Below are positions 34,985 to 39,350 of a stretch of DNA of 39,350 nucleotides, in pieces (position 1 is the first letter of the stretch; each line of letters begins with the position of its first letter). The DNA comes from Deltaproteobacteria bacterium (GTDB lineage Bacteria > Desulfobacterota > GWC2-55-46). The translations under genes were made by a program, and so were the position numbers. The stretch is taken from the NCBI GenBank assembly GCA_016234955.1, contig JACRNN010000204.1, forward strand, positions 1-39,350, written 5' to 3'. Below the pieces are notes generated by a model, which saw only the letters and a program-made list of their open reading frames with translations, was not told the DNA's origin and did not search any database.

Positions 34985-35755
34985 CTATTTGGCCGGGATG
35001 GAAAGCGGCGTCGTGGCGCCGTCCTTGCCCGTAAGGACGTTCTGGACCTGCGGCCACAGCACTATCCCGCTCTCCAGGTTCACTACAGGCGAAAGTATCT
35101 TGCCCAGGTGCGAGAAGTACCAGCTGACGTCCGCTATCGTCACCGACGGCACGTAGACGATGTCCCCGCCGCGTATAGGACTGTTTTCAGCCTTCGCATT
35201 GCCGGCGAGCAGGCTTGAGATGTTGACGGATTTAACCTCGGCCTTCTCTCCCGCGCGCCTTATCAAAAGCACGTTCTCGAGCTTCGCGTCCAGGGTGGCC
35301 CCGCCCGCCTTGGCGATGGCCTCCATCATGGTCACGCTGGAATCCACCGTGAACACGCCGGGGCTGTTTACCTGGCCGAGCACCATCACCTTTTGGCTCT
35401 GGACGGTTGATACGTTGATGGTTATCTGCGGGTCCTTGAGGTACTTCGAGAGCCTCGCGGTCATATCGTCCCTGAGCTTGAAGATGGACATGCCGCCGGC
35501 CTGCACGTCCCCTATCAGCGGGAACATTATCTTGCCGCCCGTGTCTATCTTGAGCGTCCTATGCAGGTCGTCGTTCCTGTATATCGTTATATCGACCGTA
35601 TCGCCGGGGCCGAGGATGAACTCGGAAATCCTTACCTCCTCTATCGGCGGCTTCTCCTCCTTCTCATCGACCTTGACCGGCGCGGAGGCGCACCCGGCGA
35701 GAACGACCATTATAAATACCAGGCCGATATGGATTGTCCCTTTTAGATATTTCAT
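34985..35755 (-). CDS. wza: Wza-like polysaccharide export lipoprotein
   Basis: Start at ATG 35755, lipobox LAG-C; ILGPGD, GKIMFPLIG, YLKDPQITI, VLGQVNSPG, SLBB domain, GDIVYVP. Confidence 0.9.
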   Translation of the reverse strand: MKYLKGTIHIGLVFIMVVLAGCASAPVKVDEKEEKPPIEEVRISEFILGPGDTVDITIYRNDDLHRTLKIDTGGKIMFPLIGDVQAGGMSIFKLRDDMTARLSKYLKDPQITINVSTVQSQKVMVLGQVNSPGVFTVDSSVTMMEAIAKAGGATLDAKLENVLLIRRAGEKAEVKSVNISSLLAGNAKAENSPIRGGDIVYVPSVTIADVSWYFSHLGKILSPVVNLESGIVLWPQVQNVLTGKDGATTPLSIPAK

Positions 35756-35787
35756 ATGTACGCACCCTTTCATGCCGCAACGCGCTT

Positions 35788-36948
35788 TCACAGCTTCACC
35801 ATTACCTTGCATTCGTTCCTGTTTACGGAGGCCTTGAGCGCCTCTATCGCGCCGTCGAAGGGGAACCTCCTGGAGATCATGGGAGAGGGGTCGAGCCTCC
35901 CGCGGGAAATGAGGCTTATGATGTTCGGGAATATGCCGTACCCCGCGTGCCCCCTTGCCCCCACTATCCTGTTCGCGCCTGATACAAGCCGGTCCAGATG
36001 CATGGGTGTGCTTGCGGCCGCCCGTCCGAGATATATGATCCTGCCCTGGCTGGCCATCGACCTCTCCATCTCCGGTATCGTGAGAGGGGCGGCCCCGGCG
36101 GCCTCGACCTGCACCCCGGCCCCCTCTCCCCGTGTAAGCTCCATGACCTTATCCGACGGGCTCTGTCCGCCCAGCCCCCTTGAATTGAAGGCGTAATCGG
36201 CGCCCATGCGCCTTGCGGCCTCCACCCTGCCGTCATAGACGTCGAAGGCTATTATAAGGGACGCGCCGCAGACCCTTGCAAGGGCTATGGCCCCGAGCCC
36301 TATGGGGCCGGCGCCGTGCACCACGACGGTCGCGCCGGGGAGGAACCCCCCCCCGGCCACGAAGATCCCGTTATACGCGCACCCTATCGGCTCGATAAGC
36401 GCGCCGATGTCGAAGATATCCTCCTCGGGGTACGCCTCCCTCAACCCGTCTATCTTCCAGCAGTACCTCTCGTTGACGGCTACGTACTCGGCGATGGCCC
36501 CGTTAACGCTCAGGCCCAGGAGCTCCACGTTCTCGCACTGGTTCGGCGCCCCGCCCCTGCATGAGCGGCAAAGGCCGCACCACATTACGCTCTCCACGGC
36601 CACAAGGTCGCCCTTTTTAAGGTTCGCGGCCTTTCCGCCGGTCTCCTCCACCACCCCGGAGAACTCGTGGCCGAGTATGCACGGGAACCTGGCCAGACCC
36701 GAAAAGAGTATATACCCGTCTCCGTCCGTCTCGTACAGATGGGTGTCGGAGCCGCAGACCCCGCATGATTTGACGCGGATGAGCACCTCGGTGTCCTCGG
36801 GCGCCGGCGCCGGGGTCTCTCTTATCTCGAAGACCGGGTCCTTCCAGACCTTGCTCCCGACCAACGCCCTCCTGCTCGCGCTCTCCCGCGCGCTCAAGGG
36901 GTAGCCCTCCCTCGGCTTCCACTGCGCGTCGACGAAAAGCGCCTTCAT
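35788..36948 (-). CDS. Zn-dependent dehydrogenase, scyllo-inosose 3-dehydrogenase (IolM)-like
   Basis: CGVCGSD, GHEFSG, CGLCRSC...NQC, GAGPIG. The segments W.PR...GSKVW.P, TD..GYIL..GL..FP and GARGHAGYGIFP match Thermotoga IolM as I recall it. Start at 36948 (ATGA overlap). Confidence 0.8.
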   Translation of the reverse strand: MKALFVDAQWKPREGYPLSARESASRRALVGSKVWKDPVFEIRETPAPAPEDTEVLIRVKSCGVCGSDTHLYETDGDGYILFSGLARFPCILGHEFSGVVEETGGKAANLKKGDLVAVESVMWCGLCRSCRGGAPNQCENVELLGLSVNGAIAEYVAVNERYCWKIDGLREAYPEEDIFDIGALIEPIGCAYNGIFVAGGGFLPGATVVVHGAGPIGLGAIALARVCGASLIIAFDVYDGRVEAARRMGADYAFNSRGLGGQSPSDKVMELTRGEGAGVQVEAAGAAPLTIPEMERSMASQGRIIYLGRAAASTPMHLDRLVSGANRIVGARGHAGYGIFPNIISLISRGRLDPSPMISRRFPFDGAIEALKASVNRNECKVMVKL

Positions 36949-38456
36949 GCGCACTCCATCTCAAGCGCCTTTTTGTTTATCTTGCCGCTCCCGGTCTTAG
37001 GAAGCTCGTTCCTGAACTCTATTATCCTCGGGACCTTGTAGTGCGGGAGCCGGGCCCTGCAGAACTTGAGTATATCTTTTTCCGTGACGGCCCTGAAACC
37101 CTTCAAGGCTATTATCGCCTTGGGCACCTCGCCCCTCAGGTAATCCTTCGCCGCTATCACGGAGACCTCCTTGACGTCGGGGTGCTCAAGGAGCGCCGCC
37201 TCTATTTCAGCGGGGTAGACCTTGAGCCCGGCCACCTTCATCATTCCGGTCCTTCTCTCGACGAAGTAGAAGTTCCCGTCCTTGTCCTTCCTGCCGAGGT
37301 CGCCGCTCCGGTACCAGCCGTCCCTGAAAGGGTCCTTGTCCGCGGTGACTTCCTCGTAGTACGAGCCTACGACGCCGGGGCCCCTGAAAATCATCTCCCC
37401 GACCTCTCCCGGCGGCAGCTCCCGCCCGTTCTCATCGACTATCCGCACTTCATAGGAGCGGCACGGCCTTCCGATGGAGCCTGGGATTATCTTCTCCCCG
37501 AAGCGGTTGGCTATCGCTATGCCGGTAGTCTCGGTGCTCCCCCACACCGGTATGATATCCGCGCCGAGCTTCTTCCTGAAGGCCCGGATGAGTTCCTGGC
37601 GCGTGTACATGCCGCCGCTCTCCGGTATCCTCAGGGAGCTCAGGTCATAGGTCCTGTATTCGAGGAGCTCAAGGAGGTTCTCGTACATCGGGGCAAGCCC
37701 CATGACGCACGTCACCCCGTGCCTTGAGACGGCCTCGGCGAGCGATTTAGGCGATATCCTGTCGACAAGCACCATCGTCCCGCAAAGGTATAGCGCCCTG
37801 GCGAATATCTCGTGAGGGTGCGCGAACGGCGCGAACATGCAGAGATGGACGTCGGAGGCGGTGAGCGCGAGCGCGTCCACGGAGGCGAGCGTGTTCCAGT
37901 ATATGTTGGCGTGCGTAGTTACCGCGCCCTTTGATTCCCCGGTCGAGCCGGAGGTGTAGTTCAGGTATACGGGGTCGTCCGCCTTTATGTCAAGGGATGG
38001 GGCGGCGGGCGCGCCGGTGAAGGGCAGGTCGTTGAGCGAGAGCCGCCCCTCGACCTCTGCGTCCGAGACTATGACCTTGACATCGAGGCCCGGGCAGAGC
38101 GAGACGGCCTGGTCGGCCAACGGCAGGAAGGAGCTGTGCACCAGGAAGGCGCGCGGGGTTATGGCCATGAGTATCGCGGATATCTTCTCGGCGTTGAGCT
38201 CGAAGTTGACCGGGGCGGCCAGCGCCGCGGCCTTGGCCGCCGCCAGAAAGCCCATTACAAGCTCGGGGACCCTCGGCATCATCATGGCGACCCTGTCGCC
38301 CCTCCCGACGCCGAGGCCGATCAGCCCTCCGGCAAGCCCGTTTACCCGCCGGTCGAGGGCCGAGTACGATATCCTCTCGTCGTAATATAATATCGCGTCC
38401 TTCTCAGGCTCAGAGAGGGCGTTTTTCTCGATCATCTCAACAAGCGTCATTTCCAT
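36945..38456 (-). CDS. AMP-forming acyl-CoA ligase (class I adenylate-forming enzyme)
   Basis: YTSGSTGESKG, WGSTET, YRSGDLG, KVAGLKVYPAEIE, GEVPKA, LPKTGSGKI. Confidence 0.92.
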   Translation of the reverse strand: MEMTLVEMIEKNALSEPEKDAILYYDERISYSALDRRVNGLAGGLIGLGVGRGDRVAMMMPRVPELVMGFLAAAKAAALAAPVNFELNAEKISAILMAITPRAFLVHSSFLPLADQAVSLCPGLDVKVIVSDAEVEGRLSLNDLPFTGAPAAPSLDIKADDPVYLNYTSGSTGESKGAVTTHANIYWNTLASVDALALTASDVHLCMFAPFAHPHEIFARALYLCGTMVLVDRISPKSLAEAVSRHGVTCVMGLAPMYENLLELLEYRTYDLSSLRIPESGGMYTRQELIRAFRKKLGADIIPVWGSTETTGIAIANRFGEKIIPGSIGRPCRSYEVRIVDENGRELPPGEVGEMIFRGPGVVGSYYEEVTADKDPFRDGWYRSGDLGRKDKDGNFYFVERRTGMMKVAGLKVYPAEIEAALLEHPDVKEVSVIAAKDYLRGEVPKAIIALKGFRAVTEKDILKFCRARLPHYKVPRIIEFRNELPKTGSGKINKKALEMECA

Positions 38457-38533
38457 CGCGTCATCCAGGGTGTATTGAGCCGCCTGACGGTCATCCGAAA
38501 AGGCCCGTCGACAAGCATAGCGAGCTGAGAATT

Positions 38534-39349
38534 TTAATAGGCGCCGGCTTTTTGAAAGACGACCTTTACCGTCTTGAACAGGATTTTGAGGTCGAGCCAG
38601 AGCGACTGGTTCTTCACGTAATCGACGTCATAGCGTATCCAGTCGTGGAACGAGGCCTCGCTCCTGCCCTGTACCTGCCAGAGGCCGGTTACGCCGGGCT
38701 TCACCTTGAGCCTGATCGACCTCCAGCTCGGGCTGAACTTCATCTCGTCCATTACAAGGGGCCTGGGTCCCACGAGGCTCATCTCGCCGCGCAGGACGTT
38801 TATGAGCTGCGGCAGCTCATCAAGGCTGGTCTTTCTGAGCTTCTCCCCGATGCGCGTCACCCGCGGGTCGTTGAAGAGCTTGAACATCGGGCCGTCGACG
38901 TTTTTTTCGGCGACGAGTTTTTGCTGGAGAGAGGGGGCGTCCTTGACCATGGTCCTGAATTTGTACATCACGAAGTCCCTGCCGTCCTTCCCGCACCGTT
39001 TCTGGCTGAAGACGCACGGCCCCTCGGAATCGCGCTTTATCATGGCGCAGATAAGAAGCATCACGGGCGAAAGGAGCGCGAGGAGGACGGCGGAGGCCAA
39101 TATGTCCATAAGCCTCTTGGTAAAGAGGAAGGCCTTGTGTTTTAAACTCCCGAAGTTGAGCTTGAGGGACTCGGTAACTCCCCTGAGCTGGTACCTCGAC
39201 GGCACGAGATTCAAGTCCCCGAGCCTCAAGTCCTCCACCACTATCTTGTTCTCGAATTCATCCTCCGAGCACACCCTCACCCCCCTGCCGGCGATGCAGT
39301 ACTTGAGTGAGGAATCCTCCTCCATCTCGCACCCGTCAAGCAGGATGCT
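38534..39349 (-). CDS. Priming phosphoglycosyl (sugar) transferase, 5'-truncated, probably with an N-terminal fused domain
   Basis: KRLMDI, FSQKRCGKDG, YKFRTM, DPRVTRIG..LRKTSLDELPQL.NVL.GEMSLVGPRP, KPGVTGLWQV. Frame is open to the window edge. Confidence 0.93.
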   Translation of the reverse strand, partial: SILLDGCEMEEDSSLKYCIAGRGVRVCSEDEFENKIVVEDLRLGDLNLVPSRYQLRGVTESLKLNFGSLKHKAFLFTKRLMDILASAVLLALLSPVMLLICAMIKRDSEGPCVFSQKRCGKDGRDFVMYKFRTMVKDAPSLQQKLVAEKNVDGPMFKLFNDPRVTRIGEKLRKTSLDELPQLINVLRGEMSLVGPRPLVMDEMKFSPSWRSIRLKVKPGVTGLWQVQGRSEASFHDWIRYDVDYVKNQSLWLDLKILFKTVKVVFQKAGAY

Positions 39350-39350
39350 C

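Noticed and set aside
5029-39145. Many long plus-strand ORFs (e.g. 5029-6048, 10355-11239, 16722-17645, 21698-22591, 30896-31723)
   Set aside because: Antisense shadows of well-supported minus-strand genes in GC-rich DNA, with no recognisable motifs.

Overview
High-GC bacterial chromosomal window; the gene content suggests an anaerobe, possibly deltaproteobacterial (inference). The left 5 kb holds a 5'-truncated glnD and xerD on the + strand, a 28-bp XerC/D-type dif-like site 220 bp after xerD, three small minus-strand genes (putative outer-membrane protein, stand-alone Lrp/AsnC domain, NapC/NirT tetraheme cytochrome) bracketed by two copies of a palindromic TTGAA...TTCAA element, and tRNA-Arg(CCT). 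The remaining ~34 kb (5059 to beyond 39350) is one co-oriented, largely translationally coupled minus-strand cluster. Its Wzx/Wzy polysaccharide core (priming sugar transferase, Wza, Wzc, CpsB/CapC, Wzy-like, Wzx, GT2, GT9) is interleaved with an unusual tailoring set: four cobalamin-binding radical SAM enzymes, a cytoplasmic Mo/W-bisPGD enzyme of the acetylene-hydratase-like branch, a DUF362-ferredoxin fusion, an IolM-like inosose dehydrogenase, an acyl-CoA ligase, two LpxL/PatA-like acyltransferases lacking the usual catalytic acid, three alkaline-phosphatase-superfamily proteins and CysD/CysN. This cluster is the best candidate for an undescribed system: an anaerobic pathway for a radical-modified, acylated, possibly sulfated and cyclitol-bearing surface glycan. 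Its 5' part lies outside the window. All family calls come from motif recognition; no database searches were run.
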